64,000 bases of DNA, from the sequence record OR258281.1; one strand, written 5' to 3'. The position numbers were made by a program, and so were the translations under genes. Below, in pieces: positions 10,049 through 19,051 of this stretch. Under the pieces are notes generated by a model. That model saw only the letters and a list, made by a program, of their open reading frames with translations, had not been told where the DNA came from and did no database searches. Every line of letters begins with the position of its first letter. Position 1 is the stretch's first letter.

Positions 10049-11485
10049 ATGGAAGTTTACGATATTCTTAAATTACTTAAAGCTACAACAAAAACTAACG
10101 AGAAGAAAAAGATTCTCGAAAGTAATAAAGATAATGAACTTCTCAAAAAGACTATTCGTCTGGCATTACATCCACAACTTCAAAGTGGAATTAAAAAAGT
10201 CCCACAGGAAGCCTTTTTTGAACGTAATGATTTTCCGTCATTGACGCTGAACGAAGCATTAGATACAATGCAGGAGTTTTATGACTCCAAGATCACGGGC
10301 AATGCAGCCCGTCAAAAACTGTACGATATGCTGGTAAGTCTAAGCAAAGAAGATGCTTTAGTACTGGAACGTGTAGTAATGAAGGATCTTGATTGTGGAG
10401 TACAGGAAAGTACCGCTAATGCTGTCCTCGGTAAGAACTTCATTCCAGAACAACCTTATATGCGTTGTTCTCTGGTCACTGAAAAAACCATCAAGAACAT
10501 TACTTCTTTAACTGATCCTGTTTATAACTATACTGCTGTATCAGAAGTTAAGATGGATGGTCAGTATCTTGATCATGTTATTCGTGAAAATACTTATGTA
10601 AGTACTTCACGTAATGGTAAAGTATATGACTTCTTGGGTACTAAAGATGCAGAAGCATATGCACTTGCTGCTGAACTTAAACGTTTAGATCCAGTATTTG
10701 ATACTGGTGTAGCACTTAATGGTGAAGCACTTGCTACTGATAAGTCCGGTACTATTCATAAACGTGAAACCAGTAACGGTATTGTACAGAAAGCAGGTAA
10801 AGATTCTATTTCTGATGAAGAAGCAGAAAGCGTAATTTTTGTTGTATGGGATGTATTACCATATGATAAATTCGTTGATGGTGAATGGAAAAAAGAACGT
10901 AAGTATCGCCGTGAGATTCTAGAGAAAGCAATTAATAATCTGAATTTAAAGTACTTCCGCATGGTTGAATATAAAGTAGTCAACAGTATTGATGAAGCAT
11001 TTGACTATAATGAAGAAGTAATTAACCGTGGTGAAGAAGGTACTATTCTTAAATGTGAAAGTGCTATCTGGAAATTCCATACTTCACCTAAACAGTTAAA
11101 AATGAAACTAGAAATGGATATTGATCTTATCATTACTGGTTTTAATTATGGTGAATCAGATGGTAAGTTCTCTAATACTATTGGTTCAATCAAAGCGGAA
11201 AGTGCTGATGGTTTAATCAAAGTAAATGTAAGTGGATTTAAAGAAAAAGATGATGAATGGACACGTGATGAAATTCTTCGTCGATGGAATGAGATTGAAG
11301 ATACTATTATGACGGTAACTACTACTGAACTTACCCGAGATAAACGTACAGGACAGCGTAGCATCTTCCTTCCACGTTACAAAGAATTCCGTTTTGATAA
11401 AGATACTGCTGATACATATGAACGTATTCTAGAAATTCGTAAATCTGCAATTAAAGTACTAAAAGAAAAACTGAAACGCAAATGA
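10049..11485 (+). CDS. lig: ATP-dependent DNA ligase (T4 gp30-like)
   Basis: Motif I EVKMDG, III NGEAL, IIIa FVVWDVL, IV EEGTILK, V KMK, C-terminal LPRYKEFRFDK. Confidence 0.95.
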   Translation: MEVYDILKLLKATTKTNEKKKILESNKDNELLKKTIRLALHPQLQSGIKKVPQEAFFERNDFPSLTLNEALDTMQEFYDSKITGNAARQKLYDMLVSLSKEDALVLERVVMKDLDCGVQESTANAVLGKNFIPEQPYMRCSLVTEKTIKNITSLTDPVYNYTAVSEVKMDGQYLDHVIRENTYVSTSRNGKVYDFLGTKDAEAYALAAELKRLDPVFDTGVALNGEALATDKSGTIHKRETSNGIVQKAGKDSISDEEAESVIFVVWDVLPYDKFVDGEWKKERKYRREILEKAINNLNLKYFRMVEYKVVNSIDEAFDYNEEVINRGEEGTILKCESAIWKFHTSPKQLKMKLEMDIDLIITGFNYGESDGKFSNTIGSIKAESADGLIKVNVSGFKEKDDEWTRDEILRRWNEIEDTIMTVTTTELTRDKRTGQRSIFLPRYKEFRFDKDTADTYERILEIRKSAIKVLKEKLKRK

Positions 11486-11841
11486 ATACAAAATATCTTC
11501 TAGTATATAATGTTGATGGTATTAAGTACTTTCACATTGCCAGCCCATCAAAAAACGGTGAAATAGAATTATATCGTGATGGATTTCGTACTGTTGCACA
11601 TGCAACTACGGTTGTAAGATTCACGGATGGTAAAAGTCCCGAAATAATCAAAGACCGTGGATGGTCTGATATGTCAGTACTTAAACATATAGACAGTATT
11701 GAGCACTATATACAAATATACAACTTAAGATGTGGATATTTCCTTAATGGTAAATTAGTATACAAGGGTTCTACTTGTTCTAACCCTTGTGATTTATTTC
11801 AAGAGATTAAATCTATATTCGGAGACCCAATATATGATTAA
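11482..11841 (+). CDS. Hypothetical protein
   Basis: 119 aa, ATGA overlap. Confidence 0.75.
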   Translation: MNTKYLLVYNVDGIKYFHIASPSKNGEIELYRDGFRTVAHATTVVRFTDGKSPEIIKDRGWSDMSVLKHIDSIEHYIQIYNLRCGYFLNGKLVYKGSTCSNPCDLFQEIKSIFGDPIYD

Positions 11842-12211
11842 GAAATTAATGAAGATCTTTGAAGCTAAGATTCGAAATAAAAGTACTATTAGTGTAAACG
11901 ACCAACAATTTAATTCCAATGATAAAATTGTTATTATGGGTTCGGGTTCATATAACGAAGTTATTATTGACGGTGAAGTAGTATTCAGTTCAAACGTTAA
12001 ACTAAAAGTTAGTATTAATGGTGATTGTAGTAATGTAAGTACTACCAGTGGTAACATTTCAGTACAAGGTAATACTAATAATATTAGTACTACAAGTGGA
12101 GATGTTATAGTCCATGGTGGTGCTAATTCAGTATCTACGACTTCAGGTGACGTTAATGCAGGTAGCATTAGCGGCCCCGTCAAGACTGTTTCTGGTGACG
12201 TCCGGGTTTAA
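11834..12211 (+). CDS. Beta-solenoid repeat protein (DUF4097/adhesin-like)
   Basis: Repeated (V/I)STTSG(N/D)(I/V) units; ATG 11834 with GGAG SD. Confidence 0.7.
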   Translation: MIKKLMKIFEAKIRNKSTISVNDQQFNSNDKIVIMGSGSYNEVIIDGEVVFSSNVKLKVSINGDCSNVSTTSGNISVQGNTNNISTTSGDVIVHGGANSVSTTSGDVNAGSISGPVKTVSGDVRV

Positions 12212-12218
12212 ATTTAGC

Positions 12219-12248
12219 TGAAACGCTGAGAATTTGTGTCCTATACTA
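12219..12248 (+). promoter_or_regulatory. Phage promoter (copy 2), upstream of clpP
   Basis: TGAAACG 12219-12225, N16, TATACT 12242-12247. Confidence 0.8.
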
Positions 12249-12284
12249 CAGATGTGATTAACTACCAATTTAAAGGTTTATATA

Positions 12285-12929
12285 ATGAGCATTATGCCAA
12301 TTGTTGTTGAAAAAAGTCATGAAGGTGAACGTTCTTACGATTTAGTATCTCGCCTGATGAAAGATCGTGTCATCCTTATTGATGGTGGTGTTAATACTAA
12401 TTTAGCACATGTAGTTTCTGCACAGCTACTGTACCTTGAATCACAAAGTTCTGATGATATTACTATGTACATTAACTCCCCTGGCGGTTCAGTACATGAT
12501 GGTCTGAAGATTACAGATACTATGGATATGATTCGTTGTGATGTTCGTACTATCTGTTCCGGTATGGGTGCTTCAATGGGTTGCTATCTGACTGCTAAAG
12601 GTACACCAGGTAAACGTTTCATGACCAAAAATGCATCACTTATGGCACATCAGGTATCAGCAGGTGCACAGGGTCATGTTGCAGATATGCGAGTATCATT
12701 TGCACATACTGAATTCCTGAACAATAAACTGATGGGCGATCTTGCTAAAATTGTAGGAAAAGATTTTGAACAGTTCATGTATGACTGTAACCGTGATTTG
12801 TGGATGACTGCTGAAGAAGCACGTGATTACGGCACTAACGGTTTTATCGATGCAGTTATTCTTGATAAAGATAAGAATACTTCAGAACTGATTGTGGAAT
12901 ATCGTGGTGGTAAAGAGGGTCGTGTGTAA
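12285..12929 (+). CDS. clpP: ClpP-like ATP-dependent protease proteolytic subunit
   Basis: SYDLVSRLMKDRVI, YINSPGGSV, catalytic Ser in GASMG, His in AHQ. Confidence 0.93.
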   Translation: MSIMPIVVEKSHEGERSYDLVSRLMKDRVILIDGGVNTNLAHVVSAQLLYLESQSSDDITMYINSPGGSVHDGLKITDTMDMIRCDVRTICSGMGASMGCYLTAKGTPGKRFMTKNASLMAHQVSAGAQGHVADMRVSFAHTEFLNNKLMGDLAKIVGKDFEQFMYDCNRDLWMTAEEARDYGTNGFIDAVILDKDKNTSELIVEYRGGKEGRV

Positions 12930-13207
12930 TGTTACTGCGTGATAAGGTACAAAGTAAAAGTACTGAATTATCAGGAACAGAATTCTCAGAAAAAGTACTG
13001 GAACAAATTTCCAGTACAGTTCTGAACCTCAATAATCGTACTGAATCATCTGAAGTACTTGATGACTTAAGTGATGTACTTGAACTGCTTAATTGCTATA
13101 TGAGTACACAAAATATTAAACCTAGTATTGTATTAGAACATGCCAGTTCCCTTCGTAATGAACTCGGTTCGTACAGTAAAAAACGTCTACGTGTAGAAGG
13201 AGAATAA
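12929..13207 (+). CDS. Degenerate all-alpha NTP pyrophosphatase (MazG/PRA-PH-like)
   Basis: MLLRDKV start and DLSDVLELL...ELGSYSKKRL resemble the KLVRDKI...ELADVLEV...RGGF family; first EExxE motif is missing. Confidence 0.5.
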   Translation: MLLRDKVQSKSTELSGTEFSEKVLEQISSTVLNLNNRTESSEVLDDLSDVLELLNCYMSTQNIKPSIVLEHASSLRNELGSYSKKRLRVEGE

Positions 13208-13208
13208 A

Positions 13209-13652
13209 ATGGCTGGTATTGATCAATATGCACTAGGTTACACAGCGTATAAAGCTGACAGTAATATGTCTCCTGAAATGCTTAAGTCACAACATACATT
13301 ATTCCGTAGTGGTTATCGTAAAGCACAACAAGATGCCAATAAACGTGACCAGGTACTTCTACCACATGAACTGTGGCCGGTAACAAAACGTACCCATGTT
13401 TTCGTACCTACATGGAATGATATTCTGGCAGCTACCCGCCGACCACGCTATCGCAAACTGCATCATTCATATATGAAACCAATGTTATTTGCGGTAATTC
13501 GTACAGTAGAAGAGAAAGCACATGAACTACATTCTTTCTCTATGGTACGAGCAGAAGTAGACAAAGTATTTGATTCGATTCTCCAGTACTCTTTCGAGCA
13601 AGGTATTCTAACAGAATCTGATTTGAAAAAATTTGACTACGAACCAAAATAA
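13209..13652 (+). CDS. Hypothetical protein
   Basis: 147 aa, GGAG SD. Confidence 0.8.
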   Translation: MAGIDQYALGYTAYKADSNMSPEMLKSQHTLFRSGYRKAQQDANKRDQVLLPHELWPVTKRTHVFVPTWNDILAATRRPRYRKLHHSYMKPMLFAVIRTVEEKAHELHSFSMVRAEVDKVFDSILQYSFEQGILTESDLKKFDYEPK

Positions 13653-13662
13653 TATCAAATTA

Positions 13663-13690
13663 GGGTCGGATATATCCGGCCCCTTTTTTT
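13663..13690 (+). terminator. Intrinsic terminator
   Basis: GGGTCGGA-TATA-TCCGGCCC then T7. Confidence 0.85.
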
Positions 13691-13703
13691 AAGGGTACTT
13701 TAT

Positions 13704-14219
13704 ATGAATTACGGTGAGTGGACTCAGCAAGAGATTACGAATGCTCGTACTAAAGCTGAATATTACATGGAATTGCACGAAGCAGTTTGGAATGAAATTG
13801 ATAAAATTAATATGAACATGTACAGGCATTATGTTGAAAGTCATACTTCTAAGTTTGCAAAGTTCAGAATTCTGGCTCCTAAAGTAAAAGAACCTGTACA
13901 GTACTTTAACCAAATTGAATGTGTAGCTCATAAACTGTATGAAAAGAATTTACTGGTTTATGTAATTCATGGTGATTATTATAAGAAGTATGATGTTAAT
14001 ATTAGTACTAATGAATTGCGGTTTATGAACTTCTTTCTCCTTAACGTTGCATACCAAAAAACGTATAAAGAATGTCAGTCTTTTATCAAACGTCTCCAGT
14101 ACTGTATTGGTGGTGAAGTTGGCGTAGATGATGTATATCTTCTTTGTGATATTGATATTGGTATCAAGTTATTAGAAGAAGAACTCAAACATTTCAATAA
14201 TGAGAAGCAGGTACTATGA
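13704..14219 (+). CDS. Hypothetical protein
   Basis: 171 aa. Confidence 0.75.
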   Translation: MNYGEWTQQEITNARTKAEYYMELHEAVWNEIDKINMNMYRHYVESHTSKFAKFRILAPKVKEPVQYFNQIECVAHKLYEKNLLVYVIHGDYYKKYDVNISTNELRFMNFFLLNVAYQKTYKECQSFIKRLQYCIGGEVGVDDVYLLCDIDIGIKLLEEELKHFNNEKQVL

Positions 14220-14752
14220 ATTCATATACGTTAGTTAAAACTTCCGAACTTAACGCATTGTACTGTATTTTTAATAATTACGAAAGTAAAGATAGAGAAT
14301 TTATAGACAATGTAGTAAATGTTCTTATGAATGATTATTATAAAAACCCTGAAAAAGAAGGATTTATTTTTAAATTTAAAATACCTTTTCATCGAAGTTC
14401 ATTTCATGCAAACTCTAGCGAAGATATTATTCATACCGGATTACGTAATGAGTTGAATACCAAATACGGTATTACTATTTTGATTAGAAATGATGATTTT
14501 GATGGTAACTGGATTCTTAACGAACATAAAGTGCCAGCACATATTGATGCAGAACGGTTTAATCTAGCAAAGCGTTTGCGTAATGAATTACCTAAAAAGG
14601 TCAAAGATTCGTTAATTGTACTTTCCACCAGTACAGAAGAAACACAATATGTTGATACTTATAATTTCCTAATGATTAAGCAGTACTGTGTTTATCTATC
14701 GCATGTTTATCTTGAATCGGAAAAAGTTGATGAAATTCAAAGTACTAACTGA
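14216..14752 (+). CDS. Hypothetical protein
   Basis: 178 aa, ATGA overlap. Confidence 0.75.
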   Translation: MNSYTLVKTSELNALYCIFNNYESKDREFIDNVVNVLMNDYYKNPEKEGFIFKFKIPFHRSSFHANSSEDIIHTGLRNELNTKYGITILIRNDDFDGNWILNEHKVPAHIDAERFNLAKRLRNELPKKVKDSLIVLSTSTEETQYVDTYNFLMIKQYCVYLSHVYLESEKVDEIQSTN

Positions 14753-15230
14753 AACTGAAACCTCAAATCATCTGATGCTTCATACTTCATTTTGTGTAAA
14801 TGTTGACCTGATTAATCAGATGGCCTATGATGTTCTTAAGGATCATTATAATGAGTACTTGAAGAATTTCAGAACTAAAATTCTGATGTTCACCCGTACT
14901 CCCAAAGATTTTGATACCTTTATCACTGGCAGTATGGCTCATTATGCTTTTGTTCAGGTACTTCGTGGTAAACCTTATATTGGTCATACATATAATTATC
15001 AGGTATCTGCTAAGCATCATCCTAAGTTGAGTGCTAAAGAAAAAGAACTACTTGCTATTGCAGCTAAGTACTCTAGAGCAAGATTTTTGTACGATAAGTA
15101 CATTAACCGGATTAAAAAGTACGCAGAATATCCTTACCAATTACACGAAGAAGATATTAAGAATTTTGAATACTTCGACGAAAGTAATAATGAAATAGTT
15201 GAGTTTGTCAAGAACTATAACACTCCATAG
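14730..15230 (+). CDS. Hypothetical protein
   Basis: Likely ATG 14730; 166 aa. Confidence 0.7.
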   Translation: MKFKVLTETETSNHLMLHTSFCVNVDLINQMAYDVLKDHYNEYLKNFRTKILMFTRTPKDFDTFITGSMAHYAFVQVLRGKPYIGHTYNYQVSAKHHPKLSAKEKELLAIAAKYSRARFLYDKYINRIKKYAEYPYQLHEEDIKNFEYFDESNNEIVEFVKNYNTP

Positions 15231-15238
15231 GTGATGAG

Positions 15239-15493
15239 ATGCAACCGCATAAAAGTACTGTTCCTCCGACTAAACCACTTAAAACAAGAAAAAAACGTAC
15301 TGGACCAATGACCAAAGAAAAACTTGGTTCTGAATTACGTATTGGTGAATATGTTCAGAGACCTGACGGTACTTTTATGAACATTTCAGATATTGAAAAT
15401 AAGTACTTCTATCTCATTGTACGGACCTTTACTGGTGATAAACTAAAAATTGGCACTGATGAGGTTGTAGTAGTACAAATATACAAGGAATAG
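15239..15493 (+). CDS. Hypothetical basic protein
   Basis: 84 aa, GGTGA SD. Confidence 0.7.
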   Translation: MQPHKSTVPPTKPLKTRKKRTGPMTKEKLGSELRIGEYVQRPDGTFMNISDIENKYFYLIVRTFTGDKLKIGTDEVVVVQIYKE

Positions 15494-15494
15494 T

Positions 15495-15977
15495 ATGAAG
15501 CATACTACATGGATGGCTATTGCGAATGTAATCGCACAAGAAGAAAGTAAATGTATATCGCATAAGGTTGGTGCTGTTATTGTAAAAGATAACCGGATCG
15601 TAAGTACCGGATATAATGGCACCCCAACTAAGCAACCAAATTGTTGTGATGTTAACGAGCACCTGGTACATAATGGTGAATTCCAGAACTTTGTTTCTGA
15701 AGAAGCAAAACATGAACATCATACATGGTCAGTACTTAATGAACTACATGCAGAGCATAATGCTATTATGTATGCATCTCCTGAAGACCGTAAAGGTGCA
15801 ACGTTATATTGTACTTTACAGCCATGTCAGCAATGTTCAGTACTGATTGCAGGTTCTGGTATTACTAAAGTAATTTATGAAACAGAATATCACCGTACTC
15901 CATCACAAAGTTTAGAAGTACTTAAACGTGCTGGAATTGAAGTACTGAAACTTGAAGAAATAAAAAAGGACTCGTAA
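15495..15977 (+). CDS. cd: dCMP deaminase
   Basis: KVGAVIVKDNRIVSTGYNG, HAEHNA, PCQQC zinc motifs. Confidence 0.95.
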   Translation: MKHTTWMAIANVIAQEESKCISHKVGAVIVKDNRIVSTGYNGTPTKQPNCCDVNEHLVHNGEFQNFVSEEAKHEHHTWSVLNELHAEHNAIMYASPEDRKGATLYCTLQPCQQCSVLIAGSGITKVIYETEYHRTPSQSLEVLKRAGIEVLKLEEIKKDS

Positions 15978-15988
15978 GAGTCCTTTTT
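15963..15988. terminator. Bidirectional intrinsic terminator
   Basis: AAAAAGGACTC-GTAA-GAGTCCTTTTT between convergent genes. Confidence 0.85.
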
Positions 15989-15992
15989 GTTA

Positions 15993-16667
15993 TTAGGCTG
16001 CTGCCGTTACGGTTACAGTAACAGTGTCAGTCTTTGAACCATCAGCAGTAGTAACAGTGATGGTAGCAGTACCAGCAGAAACACCAGTGATAACAGCGAT
16101 GTTGCCAGCACCAGATTTAGGTGCTACAGTGGCTACCGCTGCGTTTGAAGTGGTGAAGGTACGTGAAAGGTTAGTTGCATTAGACGGTGTAACAGCACTT
16201 GAATCTTCAACAGTACTACCAACAACAACGGTTGCAGTTTTGTTAACGAATGCAATACTCTGTACATGGATAATACCATCAGTACCTTTTGAATAATCCA
16301 TGTCATAAACAGCAGTACCGTCAGAAACGATTACCTTGTTTAGCTGGAAACGAATTACTAGACCTTCCTGAACACTAGCAGAGTTAACTGCACGAACAAA
16401 GAACGTGCCTGGTGCTAATAGTGAAGCTAGTTCTGCATCAGTTTTAGATTTATCAAGTTCTACACCATTTGCATCTTTAGTACTGATTAGTAGTTTAGAA
16501 AAAAGGCTTGAATCTGATGGATCTAATAGATCGAAACGAATTACACTGCATTGTTTACTGATACGTAGACCAGTTTTAACAGTACCGTCAGCCAGTTTAG
16601 CACCAGCAACGACAATACCCGTAGGACCGAATGGGAATTTGTCTCGTCCCGCAATAGGTTTACCCAT
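15993..16667 (-). CDS. Virion structural protein with C-terminal bacterial Ig-like (Big_2) domain
   Basis: Start reassigned to MGKPIAG (AGGAG SD), 224 aa; VTPSNAT...TSNAAVATV...GVSAGTATITVTT Ig-like motif; only minus-strand gene. Confidence 0.8.
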   Translation of the reverse strand: MGKPIAGRDKFPFGPTGIVVAGAKLADGTVKTGLRISKQCSVIRFDLLDPSDSSLFSKLLISTKDANGVELDKSKTDAELASLLAPGTFFVRAVNSASVQEGLVIRFQLNKVIVSDGTAVYDMDYSKGTDGIIHVQSIAFVNKTATVVVGSTVEDSSAVTPSNATNLSRTFTTSNAAVATVAPKSGAGNIAVITGVSAGTATITVTTADGSKTDTVTVTVTAAA

Positions 16668-16683
16668 TTTAAATCTCCTATAT

Positions 16684-17259
16684 ATGAAACTATTAAAGTA
16701 TATTGTTACTGTATTTATTTTTACCCTTTCAATATCATCAGCCAATGCTGGAAGCGTGATACAACGGGACAAGCAAACTGCATATTTCAACGGTACTATT
16801 ATGCCTAAAGATATGAGTGATCTTTATGATGAATTTGATAAAGAACCATTCAGTACTTTAATACTCACTTCAGGTGGTGGTGATTATGCTGAAGGTATTA
16901 AACTGGCTAGGTTTGTACAGGCGAATAATATTACAGTACGAGTAAGTAAAGTATGTGCCAGTGCTTGTACCTTTGCTTTCTTCATGGCACCCAATAAACT
17001 TATGGATGATAATGCGTATTTACTACTGCACAACATAAGTATGTACAGTACTGATGCAAAAGACGATGATGTTATATCAGTTCTACAGGCTAAACAGTAC
17101 TCAGAACAGGCGGCGATAGCCAGTTCAAGAATGATACTAATTTATGCTCGTGCTGGAATTCCACTATCAGTACTGGACCTTGTTGCTTCAAGTACCGGGA
17201 AAAATAAAGTACTAATCAACAAAGAAGATTTGATTCGTTTTAAAATTTTGAAAAACTGA
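16684..17259 (+). CDS. Exported ClpP/crotonase-fold (periplasmic peptidase-like) protein
   Basis: Start reassigned to MKLLKYIVTVFIFTLSISSANA (signal peptide); LTSGGG, CASAC, LLH motifs; 191 aa. Confidence 0.7.
   Translation: MKLLKYIVTVFIFTLSISSANAGSVIQRDKQTAYFNGTIMPKDMSDLYDEFDKEPFSTLILTSGGGDYAEGIKLARFVQANNITVRVSKVCASACTFAFFMAPNKLMDDNAYLLLHNISMYSTDAKDDDVISVLQAKQYSEQAAIASSRMILIYARAGIPLSVLDLVASSTGKNKVLINKEDLIRFKILKN
16712..16717 (-). promoter_or_regulatory. Putative T4-type late promoter (TAAATA) for the Ig-like gene
   Basis: TAAATA on - strand 45 nt before the ATG; same hexamer precedes phoH (25168), 49780 (49744), tail genes (50062) and the ferritin-like gene (56017); weak alone in AT-rich DNA. 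Confidence 0.4.
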
Positions 17260-17260
17260 G

Positions 17261-17290
17261 TGAAACGAATTAACAATGTGTTCTATACTA
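17261..17290 (+). promoter_or_regulatory. Phage promoter (copy 3), upstream of the NAD salvage genes
   Basis: TGAAACG 17261-17267, N16, TATACT 17284-17289. Confidence 0.8.
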
Positions 17291-17335
17291 TAGACACAAG
17301 CACAAAGAGGTCATTTTGACCTTCTAAACTTAACT

Positions 17336-17357
17336 CTAAGGGAGTCTTAGATATGAA
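17336..17357 (+). promoter_or_regulatory. 22-nt RBS hairpin, identical at nadM and nadV
   Basis: CTAAGGGAGTCTTAGATATGAA = CTAAG-GGAGT-CTTAG inverted repeat; identical copy at 19030-19051. Confidence 0.7.
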
Positions 17358-18447
17358 TAACGAAAATGTTTATGTATACATCGGGCGTTTCCAAACCGCT
17401 CACATCGGGCATGAAGCCACAATCAAACATGCAATGCAGAATTGCGACCGTTTAGTACTGCTTGTCGGTTCATCCGAATTAGCACGTGACCCAAAGAATC
17501 CATTTACCTTTAATGAACGTTTCCAGATCCTGGATGCAGTATGTAATCGTATTGCTTCTGAAGAATGGGCTAAAGGTCGTAAAGTCAAATACAATATTAA
17601 ACCGCTACATGATTTTGTATACGACAATACTAAATGGCTGAAAGAAGTACAGTCACAAGTACTATCCTGTACTAAAAGTTCTAATATTACTATTACTGGT
17701 TGTCGTAAAGATGGTGATGTAAGTACGTACTACCTTGAGTTCTTCCCACAGTGGAAACAGGACTTCATTTCCGAAATGAAAGGTGCACGTGATAAGTACG
17801 GAGTTCCACATGTTAATGTAACAGTTAACAGTACTGCTATTCGTAAAGAATATCTTGATAACTGTGTAGTTAACAAGTTGGTACTGGTTCCTGAAGCTTC
17901 AGAGTTTCTTGAGAAGTTCATTAAACTTAACCTTGAAACCTTTGAACTACTCCAGAAAGAACACAAGTTCGTAGAACAGTACAAAGCTGATATGAAAGCT
18001 AAACTGCCATACGATAACATCCCGTTCCTTACTGGTGATGCGTTAGTTGTAAGTGCAGGTCATGTACTACTGGTTAAGCGTAAAACTTTCCCAGGTAAAG
18101 GTTTGTATGCACTTCCCGGCGGTTTCTTTGATGCATGGAAAGATCAGTCTCAAGTAGATACTGCCATTCGTGAATTACAAGAAGAAACTCGCATTAAAGT
18201 ACCAGAGAAAGTACTTCGTGGAAGTATTCGTAAGTCAGAAGAATTCGGTGATATGAATCGTTCTCTTCGCTGGCGTATCATTACTAAGTGTGTACACATT
18301 CAGTTACCTGATAATACACTACCTAAAGTAAAAGGTGCTGATGATGCGGAGAAAGCATTCTGGATGCCATTAGGTGATGTACTTAAGAACCGTGACAAGT
18401 TCTTTGAAGACCACTTTAGCATTATGGATCATTTCTTAAGCCTGTAA
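17353..18447 (+). CDS. nadM: Bifunctional NMN adenylyltransferase / Nudix (ADP-ribose) hydrolase
   Basis: GRFQTAHIGH (HxGH), KNPFTFNER, NSTAIR; Nudix box GGFFD...AIRELQEETRI. Confidence 0.93.
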   Translation: MNNENVYVYIGRFQTAHIGHEATIKHAMQNCDRLVLLVGSSELARDPKNPFTFNERFQILDAVCNRIASEEWAKGRKVKYNIKPLHDFVYDNTKWLKEVQSQVLSCTKSSNITITGCRKDGDVSTYYLEFFPQWKQDFISEMKGARDKYGVPHVNVTVNSTAIRKEYLDNCVVNKLVLVPEASEFLEKFIKLNLETFELLQKEHKFVEQYKADMKAKLPYDNIPFLTGDALVVSAGHVLLVKRKTFPGKGLYALPGGFFDAWKDQSQVDTAIRELQEETRIKVPEKVLRGSIRKSEEFGDMNRSLRWRIITKCVHIQLPDNTLPKVKGADDAEKAFWMPLGDVLKNRDKFFEDHFSIMDHFLSL

Positions 18448-18454
18448 GTAATTC

Positions 18455-18480
18455 AGAGTACCATATATTGGTACTCTTTT
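18455..18480 (+). terminator. Intrinsic terminator
   Basis: AGAGTACCA-TATAT-TGGTACTCT then TTT. Confidence 0.75.
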
Positions 18481-18495
18481 AATTGGAACTGTAAA

Positions 18496-18987
18496 ATGAA
18501 AGTACTTTGTCCTGATAATGAAATGATGTCTACTTTAAGGACTCATAATAGTCTTAATTTTACCTTTAAATTAGTACCTGAGATTGAAAATAAAAATCAA
18601 TATAGCCTTCTTGATTATATAACAAAAATTTCAGAGTACTTTGACGAATATAATTCAAATCGCATATGTTTTAAATTTTATTCGAAAAACGGCGATGACT
18701 TACCATCTAACTATATGATGGGTGGTAAATTAAGTAGTTCTTATTATGGAACATTAAATGTATGTACTCTTCTATTAGGTACTGATACCTTAACTGTTTT
18801 CGTTAAGTCAATAGTGGCAACTATCATTAATAAAGAAACAGTATATCAGTATATAAATGAAGATTATGAATTAGAATTAAATTCAGAACTTAAAACTGAG
18901 TACTTTGATTTATTCAATCAAAAATTATGTGGTGGTGATGAACCTACATTTATTATACCAACACAACTAATACCAACTTTGGCATAA
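18496..18987 (+). CDS. Hypothetical protein between nadM and nadV
   Basis: 163 aa AT-rich ORF. Confidence 0.7.
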   Translation: MKVLCPDNEMMSTLRTHNSLNFTFKLVPEIENKNQYSLLDYITKISEYFDEYNSNRICFKFYSKNGDDLPSNYMMGGKLSSSYYGTLNVCTLLLGTDTLTVFVKSIVATIINKETVYQYINEDYELELNSELKTEYFDLFNQKLCGGDEPTFIIPTQLIPTLA

Positions 18988-19029
18988 TGCCAATACCAAA
19001 ACTGTAGCGTTGTAGCTACTTTATATTAA

Positions 19030-19051
19030 CTAAGGGAGTCTTAGATATGAA
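19030..19051 (+). promoter_or_regulatory. 22-nt RBS hairpin (second copy)
   Basis: Identical to 17336-17357. Confidence 0.7.

Noticed and set aside
11472-11500. Additional TGAAACG promoter copy (also 2250, 21448)
   Set aside because: No TATACT at the 16-nt spacing.
11794-12183. 129 aa minus-strand ORF with repeats
   Set aside because: Antisense shadow of the STTSG-repeat gene; no SD or independent signal.
16405-16790. Long overlapping extensions of ORFs 16405-17259 (+) and 15993-16790 (-)
   Set aside because: Each extension is antisense to the other gene; better starts with an SD or signal peptide are at 16684 (+) and 16667 (-).
18496-18987. Membership of the FN-motif family (FDLFNQK)
   Set aside because: The residues after FN and the terminal strand do not fit the pattern.
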